A DNA stretch of 64,000 nucleotides, taken from positions 1,297 through 65,296 of IMG/VR virus record IMGVR_UViG_3300037247_000437, one strand, 5' to 3'. This DNA is from a virus (Duplodnaviria; Caudoviricetes). Below the pieces are notes generated by a model. It searched no databases, was not told the DNA's origin, and was given only the letters and a program-made list of their open reading frames with translations. Position 1 is the first letter of the stretch, and each line of letters starts with the position of its first letter. Position numbers and translations under genes: made by a program. This document shows positions 10,808 to 21,551 of the stretch, in pieces.

Positions 10808-10827
10808 TTATATTTGTGTATGTCAAA
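10808..10827 (+). promoter_or_regulatory. Bacteroidota -7 promoter box fused to a start codon (probable leaderless mRNA)
   Basis: TTATATTTGTGTATGTCAAA; identical at 50057-50076 and one mismatch at 44620-44639. Confidence 0.7.
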
Positions 10828-11212
10828 AGCAATAATAGCATTAAGATTCACATCAACTAGAAACGAAGCCGGATTTACTAGCGAAGATCAAGTTAATAAA
10901 GTTCAATTTAACGGCATTTGTGCTTATGATATTACTTCAGAAGTCGAAAGAATGATTGATGAAGATTACACGTTAGAGGATGCTATTGAAATCTGCGCCT
11001 TAAAGCAAGTTAAGTTTGACAACTGGCACGCGAGCAACACAAAAGGGAACTACGTAGCATTTAATTCTGAATTTGTTTCTCACGAAAGAGATAATCAGGA
11101 TTTTTTAGGAAACAGAGCAGTAATAGTAAAACTTAATGATTATATCGGATTTGGTCAAATAGATATGGGGTCAGCTAATTATAAGTGTTTACCATTTGAA
11201 TTAGTATCGTAA
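10820..11212 (+). CDS. Hypothetical protein
   Basis: ORF; ATG lies 3 nt after the TATATTTG box. Confidence 0.7.
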   Translation: MSKAIIALRFTSTRNEAGFTSEDQVNKVQFNGICAYDITSEVERMIDEDYTLEDAIEICALKQVKFDNWHASNTKGNYVAFNSEFVSHERDNQDFLGNRAVIVKLNDYIGFGQIDMGSANYKCLPFELVS

Positions 11213-11525
11213 TGAGTAGAATTATATACACATATAATATCACCTATATTGACGCGGGAGTGGTTCAGTTAAAAAACCTAATTGAGCATTTAGATTACAT
11301 TACGTTCATTAAGCCGATGACCGGCATAATTGAAACAATAAAGGGGCAAAATAAAAATAAGCATACAAAGGAATCTTTGGACATTAAGTCAGTTCTTAGA
11401 AATGCGTTTGGAGAGAATTGGTTCACAAACAAAAGTCCGCTATTCGATGCGATACAAACCGCGAAATTGGAATTGCTACCACAGCAGGGCGGCACACATA
11501 ATGTTTTTATAAAAAAAATCGTATA

Positions 11526-11714
11526 ATGTTCTGGATACTAAACAAAAAGACACAGGAGCCAGGCAATGCCAGCAGCGTAGTTGCGCTATCTAACGAAACA
11601 GGAGTAAAGGAAAATTCTCTGTATGAACATTTTGGGAGAAAGAAGCTGATAGAATTCAATGACGATAATTTCAGAATTTGCAAAACCGAAGTATTAAAAT
11701 CAAAAAGGAAATGA
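11526..11714 (+). CDS. Small HTH (NUMOD1-like) DNA-binding protein
   Basis: SSVVALSNETGVKENSLYEHF helix-turn-helix pattern; similar architecture to 16560-16865. Confidence 0.5.
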   Translation: MFWILNKKTQEPGNASSVVALSNETGVKENSLYEHFGRKKLIEFNDDNFRICKTEVLKSKRK

Positions 11715-12352
11715 AAAAGAAAATGAAAAAGGGTTTCTTTTCTAAATCAAATGAAGAAAAAAACGAAGATGGAAACATTGAAATAAATGACGAGCTATTC
11801 AAAAAGTACCAAGAAAAGAATTTTCAAACCATCAACAGCATAAAAGAGGTAGGAATTCCAAAGCCGGGCGAACAGTTACGATTAATTACAATGAAGTCAT
11901 TCAATACAATTGCATTCATTGAATTGATAGCTAAATCAGAAATAATTGAAAGTATGATCTTAGTCATATTTGCAATAAACAAAGAAGCCGCAAAAGTGAT
12001 TGTAGAATTGAAAAATGAGGGCAAGATAAAAAATATTGATTTAATTGTTTCATCAATCAGGAACGCAGGGCACAAAATCAAATCCAAGGCAGTTGAGTAT
12101 TTGAAGCAAAACAATATTCCTATTACATTTGTAAACAGTCATGCAAAGATAAGTGCATTGAAAACTAAATCAAATGCCTATGTAATTGAGGGGTCGGGTA
12201 ATTTTTCATATAATGGAAGAATTGAGCAATACATAATTGATAATGATCAAAAGCTATTTGATTGGACATCAAAATGGATATCAGAAATGAAAGAATTAAT
12301 GGAGGATAAACGAGACTTTATACAGATATGCCAGGAGGAAAAGGAAATATAA
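11711..12352 (+). CDS. Phospholipase D-like (single HxK) nuclease-family protein
   Basis: NSHAKI....YVIEGSGNFSYN..IEQ, i.e. an HxK plus GSxN PLD motif. Confidence 0.75.
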   Translation: MKKKMKKGFFSKSNEEKNEDGNIEINDELFKKYQEKNFQTINSIKEVGIPKPGEQLRLITMKSFNTIAFIELIAKSEIIESMILVIFAINKEAAKVIVELKNEGKIKNIDLIVSSIRNAGHKIKSKAVEYLKQNNIPITFVNSHAKISALKTKSNAYVIEGSGNFSYNGRIEQYIIDNDQKLFDWTSKWISEMKELMEDKRDFIQICQEEKEI

Positions 12353-12813
12353 AACCAGAGGACGGTAAGCAATTTAGTTCCGAATATCAACCAGAAGAGA
12401 AATGGACTGAAAAGAAAGCGGCAGACCTTGGAAAAGAGCTGATATCATGGATGAACTCGAAAGACCAGCATATCTTTTTTGAAGAATTTTTAATTTTAGA
12501 AAATGATTATTATTCAGAATTGATATCATATTTGTGTAACAAATTTACGTCGTTTTCAAAACTAATAGACAGGGCAAAAAAAATACAAGAAATAAAACTG
12601 TATAAGTTCGGCGTTGGTGACGAATTAAACGCGGCAATGACAAAGTTTGTTCTGATCAACGAGCATAATAAAATAGGCGACAACAGCAAGGTGCAACACT
12701 CCGGAGATATCAACGACAACAAGCAAATAAACCTCACAATAAACAGCGCCAAAGGCAAAAAGGAAATCGATTTAGGCAAATACAAGGACGATGAAACTAA
12801 AAGCACATCATGA
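12328..12813 (+). CDS. terS: Terminase small subunit
   Basis: DGKQFSSEYQP..KWT N-terminus and AKKIQE.KL...LNAAMTKFVLIN, typical of DNA-packaging small subunits; lies upstream of terL. Confidence 0.75.
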   Translation: MPGGKGNIKPEDGKQFSSEYQPEEKWTEKKAADLGKELISWMNSKDQHIFFEEFLILENDYYSELISYLCNKFTSFSKLIDRAKKIQEIKLYKFGVGDELNAAMTKFVLINEHNKIGDNSKVQHSGDINDNKQINLTINSAKGKKEIDLGKYKDDETKSTS

Positions 12814-12896
12814 CTGGATTTGTAATATCAGTTATCATATGCATTATTTGTCTTTACATAGTCAAATTAGGAATTGAAAGACCGGATAAAGTTTAA
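12810..12896 (+). pseudogene. Truncated duplicate of the N-terminus of ORF 14279-14794
   Basis: MTGFVISVIICIICLYIVKLGIERPDKV* versus MTGFIISIIICIICIYVAKLGIERK... Confidence 0.7.
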
Positions 12897-14278
12897 CTAT
12901 TCAAAGATTAGGCAAAGAAATAATGAGGTTTATACTAAAAAACTATAACTAATCAAAGATCATGAAACAAGTAAAACGCAAAGTAAAAATTATAGAGGGA
13001 GTAGTAGCTGATTATAATGGTAAATATTGGGGGAAACAACATGGAGATGCGCAATATACCTGTAATGACTTTGGAGATTTAGATAATGCAGACATTAGCA
13101 ATCCAGAATTTTGCACAAAACCAACAGACAAAACTTATGATCCTACAAATACAAATGGACGTAACCCGGATTATGATCAATTATCAAAAGCAAGACTAAT
13201 TAAAGTTAGAAAAACAATAACGACCGAGATTGAAATAATAGAATAAATAATCATGAAAGACGAAAAGTACATTTTAACGCGAGATGTCATTATCCCGGCC
13301 GGTACTGAGTTTGACAACTATTCCAACGAGGCAAAAGAAGCATTATTTTGAGGCAATTATTGGGTTACATCGCGGCTACACGGAATTCATCCGGATAACC
13401 GATATGGATGACTTATTGAATTATTACTGTTATGACGGAGAAGATGATGAACCACTATTCAAAGAAATTGAATCATGAGAGATAAGGGATTAAGGGATAT
13501 GTCAATAGTAAAAGACAGGGAAAGTATATTCAATCTTGACGAAATCATTTCTTTATACTCAAGAACTCCTACAGACGGAAAGATTGACGGGCAATTTTAT
13601 GAAGGATGTGATAGGCTGGAAATAATATTATGTCTTGCGAACGAAATCAGAAAGTTAAAATATGAGTTGAAACAAATTAAAATGACTGAATCATAAATAA
13701 AGAACAATACGAAAAAGAGATAAATCAAGCAAAATATAGAAGACAAAAAACATCAAGCAGAAAATGAGCAAAAACAAGCTATTAAAATCATGAAAAAGAA
13801 AGAACTTAGACAGGAACTACACGAGGCCATTGAAAAGGTATTCTTTTTCAATGAAAACAGTAAAGAATCACGGGAAAAACGACAGCTTTATAAAGAAAAG
13901 ATCGAAGCATTAAAAGTAATTCTGAATAGTTATGATAAAAAGAAGCGAAAGAGATGGCGCGCTAGATTAGACATCCAAAACAATACAACTTTAGCCATTA
14001 AAAAGGTTTTTGATCAACCAACGGAAACATTAAATATAGATAGGATGTTCACACTTCAAACTAAGCATCAAGTGTGTATAGAATTAGCATCTACATCACA
14101 ATATGAATTTTATAAATTATTCGATCAATATGAAAAATTAAAAATGTACATGAATGAGAAAAAGGTAGGTTCAATGTTAAATGAAGCGGTAGTAAGCGCG
14201 TCTAAATATAATTTGGATTTGAATGATGTTATAAATAGCACAATTCAAATGGTAAAAATATTCAGGTAAAAGTTAATC

Positions 14279-14794
14279 ATGACAGGATTTATAATATCAA
14301 TAATCATCTGCATAATTTGTATTTATGTGGCTAAATTGGGAATCGAAAGAAAAATCATTAGCAACCCCTTTATAGTAGTTCGTAAATCTTATAAAGCCGC
14401 ATTGGATATGAATCAGGCAATGGAAGAGGTTAATTGCTTAGCGGTTGACCCAAACATTATTTACGAAGAAACATTGTTCGGGAGGTATGTGATTGGGTAT
14501 GAAAATGAAGATTGTAGAAATGCGGCAAATGATCAATATTCCGATACAGAATATGAAACAGGCTGGATTGGCAGGGTTCCAGTAGGTTCAATACAGGAAG
14601 TATTCATATCAAAAGATATTAATTTAGAAATGACTGAACAAGGTAAAAAAGACAAGGAATTTATACAATCAGTTTATGACTCAGGATTAGGCCCTGGCTA
14701 TTTCTTTGGTGATTGCGAGTGCCTTCATTATATCAACTCAGAACCAAACGACCCCAACGTTTTAGAATGTAAAGATAAAATGCTGAACGAATGA
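14279..14794 (+). CDS. Membrane-anchored hypothetical protein
   Basis: N-terminal transmembrane helix. Confidence 0.65.
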   Translation: MTGFIISIIICIICIYVAKLGIERKIISNPFIVVRKSYKAALDMNQAMEEVNCLAVDPNIIYEETLFGRYVIGYENEDCRNAANDQYSDTEYETGWIGRVPVGSIQEVFISKDINLEMTEQGKKDKEFIQSVYDSGLGPGYFFGDCECLHYINSEPNDPNVLECKDKMLNE

Positions 14795-14973
14795 CAATCA
14801 ATGAATTAATAAAGTCCGGGAATAGAGCCGAAATAGAGAAGGTTCTTAAGCAAATTGATGAAATAAAGCAAAAAGATTTAGACGGCAAATTATTTGTAAT
14901 CAAAGCGTTTTTAATATGTAAGGCGATTGCTATCTGTGCGATTGCTGTCATTCTAATAAAATATGTAAGTTAA

Positions 14974-16269
14974 TTGAATCCAGATAAATTCAAGCCAGGA
15001 CGCATATTTGAAGAGATGTGTGAAATATACGAGGATAACTACTCACCTGAAAATGAGAAGGTTTTAACTATATGCAATGAGGGCGGATCTCGTGCGCAAA
15101 AAACCTGGGATGTATTCCATTTGATGTACATATTTTGTAATCACAATAAAGACAAAAACAATGATATATACTGTTTAAGAGACACGTTAACCAATTGCAG
15201 AGACTACACATTCAAAGATTTCAAAGATTGCATGAATGTAATTGAGGTTAATCTTGAGTACAGATCAGAAGGTCAGAAACCATACACGAACATTTTTGGT
15301 AATAACCTATTTTTTCGAGGGCTTGACGATGAGTCAAATATGGAGGGATTCCCATCGGATATTATATTTGTAAACGAAACTCTTGAAGTCGCTAAAAAAG
15401 AACGGCTTGCCGGTATAATAATGAGGTGCCGCAAATTGGTTATTTTTGATTGGAATCCTAAATTTACAACTCACTGGGCTTTTGATTTAGAAGGCCGTCC
15501 AAATGTTTTCTTTACTCATTCGACCTATAAGGATAATCCGCATTTACAAAAGTCAATTATAGGCGAAATAGAAAGTTATTGCCCCTGGCACTTTGACGAC
15601 TTTCATTTGGATGAAGATGACCGACGGCCACATCCGGAAAATATAAAGAACGGCACCGCGGATAAGTATAGATGGAAAGTATACGGAGAGGGAATTAGGG
15701 CCGCTCCGGAAGGGCTTATATTTCAATACGTTAAGTACATTGATGAGTGGCCAGCGGACGTTGCTTACATAAATTCTATAGATTTTGGGTTCGTAATTGA
15801 CCCCCTTGCAATGGGCAGGGTAGGAGAGACGAGAACAGATATTTATGCTGAATTGCTTTGCTATGAGCCAATAGAACGCCCCGAAGATATAGATTCATAT
15901 GCTGACAAGATAGGAATGAATAAAAGACTACCTACTATTGCGGATAGTTCAGATAAATACACAGGAGAAAATAAAGGCACCGTAGAAATGGTAAAGGGGC
16001 TTCGACTACTAGGGTGGTCGATTAATAAAATACATAAAACAAAGTCAGTTATGTATTGGCTTTTAGACATGAAGGGCAAGACGATTAATATAATAATTAA
16101 TCACCTTGTTCATCACGCGAGGAAAGAACAAGAAAATTATAAAATGAAAGTCATTAACGGAATTGCCATCAATCAACCTGAAGATAAGTTTAATCATTTT
16201 TGGGACATGGTAAGATATGGGCATATGGCATTAAACCAACCAAAGGGAATCAGATCAAAACAGAGGTAA
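14974..16269 (+). CDS. terL: Terminase large subunit (PBSX-like)
   Basis: Walker A EGGSRAQKT, FRGLDD, Walker B IIFVNE, DWNP, HSTYKDNPHL, WKVYGEG, IDFGFVIDP, NHFWDMVRY; TTG start. Confidence 0.95.
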   Translation: MNPDKFKPGRIFEEMCEIYEDNYSPENEKVLTICNEGGSRAQKTWDVFHLMYIFCNHNKDKNNDIYCLRDTLTNCRDYTFKDFKDCMNVIEVNLEYRSEGQKPYTNIFGNNLFFRGLDDESNMEGFPSDIIFVNETLEVAKKERLAGIIMRCRKLVIFDWNPKFTTHWAFDLEGRPNVFFTHSTYKDNPHLQKSIIGEIESYCPWHFDDFHLDEDDRRPHPENIKNGTADKYRWKVYGEGIRAAPEGLIFQYVKYIDEWPADVAYINSIDFGFVIDPLAMGRVGETRTDIYAELLCYEPIERPEDIDSYADKIGMNKRLPTIADSSDKYTGENKGTVEMVKGLRLLGWSINKIHKTKSVMYWLLDMKGKTINIIINHLVHHARKEQENYKMKVINGIAINQPEDKFNHFWDMVRYGHMALNQPKGIRSKQR

Positions 16270-16559
16270 TGATATCAATTATGATACCCAGGAATGGCAG
16301 GCTATTTTATTTGAATATCTATTTACCAAAGTTTGCAAACGAAAAGATTATATAAAAAAGTAAGCTTTATTAAGTAATAAAGAGTAACTTTGATTATGGA
16401 AAAGCAGAAAGTAAGGACTCCAATAAGCCGAAAGCTAAATAAAAGAAGGAGGCGAGAAGTTGGTGAGAAAATGCGACAAGCGATGCAAACAAGGCCAGAT
16501 TGGCATAGTGGTAATTATTCCGGACATAGCATTAAACAGTTTCTAAAAGCACTTTTTAA

Positions 16560-16865
16560 ATGATAGCAATCAACCAAAAGACTAACAAAGTATTTGAAGG
16601 TAGCAAAGCATTCATTGCCCGGACTATTGGGGTCAATGAAAAAACTTTGTGGTCCTGGGAAAATGAGAAGCTTAGAAAAACAGAGCTTTATAATAATTAC
16701 TTAGTGATCTTCAGTGACGTAATTAGAGAGAAGCAGGAGAAAGGATTTAGGCTATCAAAGAATAAAATCAATATTTGCCGGTTTGAATTTATAAAAGTAA
16801 ACCAAAAAGAAAGTGAAGAAGAAAATATGAGTCATAACGATGAGGTGTACAATATGCCGGAATAA
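16560..16865 (+). CDS. HTH (NUMOD1-like) protein
   Basis: SKAFIARTIGVNEKTLWSWE. Confidence 0.55.
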   Translation: MIAINQKTNKVFEGSKAFIARTIGVNEKTLWSWENEKLRKTELYNNYLVIFSDVIREKQEKGFRLSKNKINICRFEFIKVNQKESEEENMSHNDEVYNMPE

Positions 16866-18024
16866 TTAATAGTATTGTTGAATTTAGAAAGTAAGAATAT
16901 TAATAGTAAAAAGTTTAGGTGAATAATCACGAGTATTTACATATTATTCAAAAGATAGAATTGGCGCGTGATGTAGCTCAAATAAGATTACAGGCAGATG
17001 TGTCGGCACCTAAATTCATGACTACAAAACCATGCCCTACGGTGATTAGTTGTATTAATGTTGACAAAGTATGTTTTGTCTTGGAATATAAAAATACGTT
17101 AGGAATTGCTTCATTTATTGTCAATATGCTATGTAATCCAGGTGTCTCAACAAAAGAGTGTGCTGATTATTTAATCAAAGAATAAAATTAATATATGTAG
17201 GTTTGATTTAAAAGGGGAAATAAGATGAAAGAAGCTATACCATTAGAAATATTTTATAATAAAGAGTATTAAAGATAATATTAGGGGTTTCGCCTATCCC
17301 AATGTTCCCTATTATAGGATTAATCACAATAGCTACATGTCCAATAAAATGTATATTAACAGGGCAAGGGCAAATATATGTAATTTCAAAGCTACCAGAC
17401 AAGATGCTTAATTATATTTTTTACAATCATCGGGGGACATCATTTGATATTGCATTTCCCAGAGAATGGCCAAGAAAATATGACAAAGGTATCACGTCGA
17501 ACTATTAAAAATGTAATTAATGGAATTAGAATACATAAAAGCAAATGGAACTTACTACAGGCCTCAACCATCAGGCGTAAGAGATGAATCCAAATGCTTC
17601 GGCAATCACCATGTATGTTTGATTAAAAAATTATTCTTCGGTAGGTGGCAAATAGATTATTATGATCGGTTTACGGCCGGAAGTTTTACTTGTGGCGATG
17701 AAGATAAGACAACCTCAAGGAAAATAATTTATCCTTCAGGGATAGAGGAAATAAAATGGAACAAATAATCATGAAAAATAAACTAGCATTCCCAGTATCT
17801 GCATATACAGATCCAAAAGCAGGATACGGACAGGATAACGGACATCGCATGCAGTCAGGAATGACACTAAGAGAATACTATATAGGCCAAATACTTGTCA
17901 GTGCACATCAAGGCAGCTCATTAAATAATAAGGCTATTGCAAAAAAATGTGATATCTTTAGCTGATGAGATTATTAATCAATTATAAAAAGATGATTTGA
18001 TTAAACTATAAATAAAGACTGAAA

Positions 18025-18828
18025 ATGAATTACTATTTAGACACAGAATTTCACGAATACCAGCGTAAGCCATTGTCCTCAAAACCATTCCGAACCATTG
18101 AGTTAATCTCTATTGGAATTGTATCAGAAGATGATAGAGAGTATTATGCTATCTCAAAAGACTTTGATTTGAAAGCTGCTTGGAATAGTTATCAGATGGA
18201 GAAAAAGTGGGTTAAGCTAGATGAAAGCAATTCTACAACTGAAGACGTAAAAGAATATTGGTTACGAGAAAATGTATTAAATCCTATTTGGATAGAGTTA
18301 CATAAAAAAGAACTTGGAGATAAATACAAGAGAGAACAACTAAATGTTGCTGGTGGACCCGATCCGTGTAAAGATTTCTTTTCATATAGAAGCCTAAAGC
18401 GACTTCTAAAAAAGTATGGTAAGTCCAATACTCAGATAGCTAAAGAGGTTATTGATTTTTGCTCAGGGTATAAGCATCCGGTAAATCATGGAATTCCAAC
18501 AATGGTAAAAGATGATAATATTCAATTCTACGCCTACTATGCAGATTACGATTGGGTGGTCTTCTGTTGGTTATTTGGAAAGATGATTGATCTTCCAAAA
18601 GGGTTTCCTAAGTATTGCCGGGATTTAAAGCAGACCTCAGATGATGTGTACGATGAAAAGAAGAAATCTTATTATGAAAACTCCAAAGAGCAAGCAATCA
18701 AACACAGTGGTGTCTTTCTTGATGAATTGAGTGACCACCCAGACTACCCACAACAGTCCAATGAGCACAATGCTTTGGCTGATGCCAAGTGGAATAAAGA
18801 GTTGCATAAATGCATTGATCTGTTATAA
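18025..18828 (+). CDS. DEDDh 3'-5' exo(ribo)nuclease, Rv2179c-like
   Basis: YYLDTEFHE, ELISIGIV, YADYDWV, HNALADAKWN. Confidence 0.85.
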   Translation: MNYYLDTEFHEYQRKPLSSKPFRTIELISIGIVSEDDREYYAISKDFDLKAAWNSYQMEKKWVKLDESNSTTEDVKEYWLRENVLNPIWIELHKKELGDKYKREQLNVAGGPDPCKDFFSYRSLKRLLKKYGKSNTQIAKEVIDFCSGYKHPVNHGIPTMVKDDNIQFYAYYADYDWVVFCWLFGKMIDLPKGFPKYCRDLKQTSDDVYDEKKKSYYENSKEQAIKHSGVFLDELSDHPDYPQQSNEHNALADAKWNKELHKCIDLL

Positions 18829-18903
18829 AGCCATACAACAAAGCAAGCCCTTTTAATCGAGAGATTTTTTTATTTAATAATTAGGAATTAACAAATTATT
18901 TCT

Positions 18904-18911
18904 ATATTTGC
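18904..18911 (+). promoter_or_regulatory. -7 promoter box of the structural operon
   Basis: TATATTTG 47 nt upstream of the portal start. Confidence 0.55.
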
Positions 18912-18958
18912 ATAAATAAGAATGTAAAAGACTACATCTAATTTTTGTATTGTGAAAG

Positions 18959-20662
18959 TTGAGCAAGCATTTCATAAAGCGAGGGTTTAATAAGTCCGAA
19001 ATACAAAAAGCAGCAACGCAAGAGGCTCAACTAAGCTATTTTACAGAATCACAACTACAAGAAGATAGATTAGATAATACATACTTACAAGAGTGGGCGG
19101 AACGGAAATATCAAACAAACGATTATTTTTTAAACTGGGTCAAATTAATTTTTAAAGCCGAAAACTCCTTAACATTTGCCCGATACCTTAGATTTCCACT
19201 TCCTTCAGCAAAATTAATACACAACAACATAGAGCCGCAACTAAGGCGTGTTTTCAATGCTGAGGATTCTGACTTTAAATATGATGTAATAGGAAAAGAA
19301 TTATCAGACTTTAAAGATGATCTTCAAATAAAGAAATTCAACGAGGATATATTTAACCAAACTCTTTATCGCCATAATTCAATATTAATTGAGGATCTCG
19401 ATCCTGTTATCCAGAATATGCCGAAGCGTTTTTTTGTTGATATTAAAGACGTTTTATCAATAATACCTTCTGAATCAGGAATTGAGAAAATAGCCTTTAA
19501 GGCATCAATATTCAGAGGCGAAAAATTAATAGACGGGTCTCTATTTATTGATAATAAAATATATGCATTCTTCGATGAGGATCATAATCTTGTAGGCGAA
19601 GAAATACCACATGATTTAGGGCGGACGCCTGCAAATTTTATTTCCCCAGGAAAGTTCAAGGGCAGCTCAATTGTGCGAGAATCAATATACACATATGTTC
19701 GCCCCGACCTAGAGGAATATGTATTCCTGAAAACAATACAGCGAATGACCGAGCCAAACGGGCCTATTCCTACAATATCTAGGATTGATACCGACGCCGA
19801 CGCCGACGCCAGCGACGATAAAAAAGGATCGGAATTAGAGCCAAGCTCTGACTTTATGATGGGGTCGCAACAGGCTCAAGTGCATAGTCAAAACGAAGGA
19901 AAGGGGACTGGGGATCTTCAGCCAGGAACAATTCACCTAATAAACCCACAAGACATAAGAAATAACGACGGGCTTATTAATATGGATGTAGTGACCAATT
20001 GGATTGCTTTTCACCATATGCCAATTGAGCCGCTAGATTATCTTTCTACGCGGATTAAGGAAATTGAAAAGTCAATTAAATCAACGATAATAGGCGATGT
20101 TGTTGAGGGTGACGAAGAAAGCAAAAATAAATTCCAAATTGAAAAGTCACTATCGGTATTGAATAATGTACTTACATCACTTGCGGAATCATTTAACAGA
20201 ATAAGAACAAAAAGCGACACTAATATGTTAGGGCTAAAATATGGCCCTGATAAAGTAAATGAAGTATTCATCCATTACGGAACAGACTTCTTCCTAGAAA
20301 GCCAGACGCAGCTTTTTGAAGACTTACAAAGTGCGCCAAATACTTTAGAGCGCAAAAATATCATAGTCAGAATAAATCAAAATCGACACAAGAATAATAT
20401 AGATCAGTCATTTAGAAATAAAATACTATATGATTTAATCCCTTATTGCTCAGATAAGGATTTTGAGATAGCAAGAGATACCCAGTCTGTGACGGATGTA
20501 AATTTACCATATCAGCTTCAGTTTAATTATTGGATAGGCCTATTCGAGGAAAGACATGGTAATATTGTAATATTCTGGAAGGAATCGGATGGGACTAATG
20601 AGCAAAAATTAGAAGCGATAAATAAATTAATCATTTTAATTATAAAAGAAAATGTCACTTAA
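18959..20662 (+). CDS. Portal protein
   Basis: 567 aa; first gene of the structural block; HDLGRTPA and IHYGTDF motifs; call mainly by position and size. Confidence 0.75.
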   Translation: MSKHFIKRGFNKSEIQKAATQEAQLSYFTESQLQEDRLDNTYLQEWAERKYQTNDYFLNWVKLIFKAENSLTFARYLRFPLPSAKLIHNNIEPQLRRVFNAEDSDFKYDVIGKELSDFKDDLQIKKFNEDIFNQTLYRHNSILIEDLDPVIQNMPKRFFVDIKDVLSIIPSESGIEKIAFKASIFRGEKLIDGSLFIDNKIYAFFDEDHNLVGEEIPHDLGRTPANFISPGKFKGSSIVRESIYTYVRPDLEEYVFLKTIQRMTEPNGPIPTISRIDTDADADASDDKKGSELEPSSDFMMGSQQAQVHSQNEGKGTGDLQPGTIHLINPQDIRNNDGLINMDVVTNWIAFHHMPIEPLDYLSTRIKEIEKSIKSTIIGDVVEGDEESKNKFQIEKSLSVLNNVLTSLAESFNRIRTKSDTNMLGLKYGPDKVNEVFIHYGTDFFLESQTQLFEDLQSAPNTLERKNIIVRINQNRHKNNIDQSFRNKILYDLIPYCSDKDFEIARDTQSVTDVNLPYQLQFNYWIGLFEERHGNIVIFWKESDGTNEQKLEAINKLIILIIKENVT

Positions 20663-21164
20663 AATATACCACTTAAGGGTTAGAAAAGTTGAGTCAATCG
20701 GAAGTGACCATACTTCAAAGATAGGAGACAGGGTGATTAAGCTCACCGGGGAAGATTCATTTAATAAATTCATTGCATACCTTCCTGTTTCTGGCTACGT
20801 CAAAGATACGCCGCCTAAAATTGAAAAAGTCTTAGAAAGAAATCCAGGAGGAGAATGTACGGCATTGGGAGCTAAAGAGATAGTTTTAGCTCAAAAACGA
20901 GTCGATAAAATACTGGAGGAGCTGGCCCCTGGATATAAGAAAGAAATTCCGGATAAAAAATATGATGCCCTTGAGAAAAAATACGAAGCATTATTAGATA
21001 GAATTGATGCGAAGGATGGCACTAAGGATTCTGATAAAAAATCAGAAGATAGAAAATCATTAGAGGCAAAAGCAGCAGAATCAGGCATTAAGTTTGATGG
21101 TAGAACCACCGATGATAAATTGATTGAGAAGATAAAAGAAATCGATCCTGAATTTAAAAAATAA
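20652..21164 (+). CDS. Head-region protein with C-terminal HeH/LEM-like motif
   Basis: RKSLEAKAAESGIKFDGRTTDDKLIEKIKE. Confidence 0.55.
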   Translation: MSLKIYHLRVRKVESIGSDHTSKIGDRVIKLTGEDSFNKFIAYLPVSGYVKDTPPKIEKVLERNPGGECTALGAKEIVLAQKRVDKILEELAPGYKKEIPDKKYDALEKKYEALLDRIDAKDGTKDSDKKSEDRKSLEAKAAESGIKFDGRTTDDKLIEKIKEIDPEFKK

Positions 21165-21166
21165 TT

Positions 21167-21529
21167 ATGGGCAATAATTATAACGTAAAAGCAAGAGAAT
21201 CAGAAGCAAGGTCAGTAACAAATAGTGCTGATTTAACTAATTCACAACATAAAGGGTGCCATGTAATAATTGACGCAACTTCAATAACTGACACCCCTTC
21301 AGTGGTGCCGACAATTCAGGGCAGGGACACGGTAAGTGGAAAATACTATACTTTATTGACTGGGTCTGCCATAACAGGCATCGGAACGACTATATTAAAA
21401 GTTTATCCAGGACTAATCCCTGCCGCGAATTTAGTAGCAAATGATATTTTACCATCAAAATTTAGAATTTTAATGACCCATGCGGACGCAGATTCAATTA
21501 CGTATTCAGTCGGGGTCAGTTTAGTATAA
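21167..21529 (+). CDS. Putative virion protein
   Basis: Beta-rich, Thr/Ser-rich ORF inside the head module. Confidence 0.5.
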   Translation: MGNNYNVKARESEARSVTNSADLTNSQHKGCHVIIDATSITDTPSVVPTIQGRDTVSGKYYTLLTGSAITGIGTTILKVYPGLIPAANLVANDILPSKFRILMTHADADSITYSVGVSLV

Positions 21530-21551
21530 TTAAACAGAATCATAAAAGACT

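Noticed and set aside
19791-19810. CCGACG x3 microsatellite in the portal gene
   Set aside because: In-frame low-complexity Asp-Ala linker with no sign of function.
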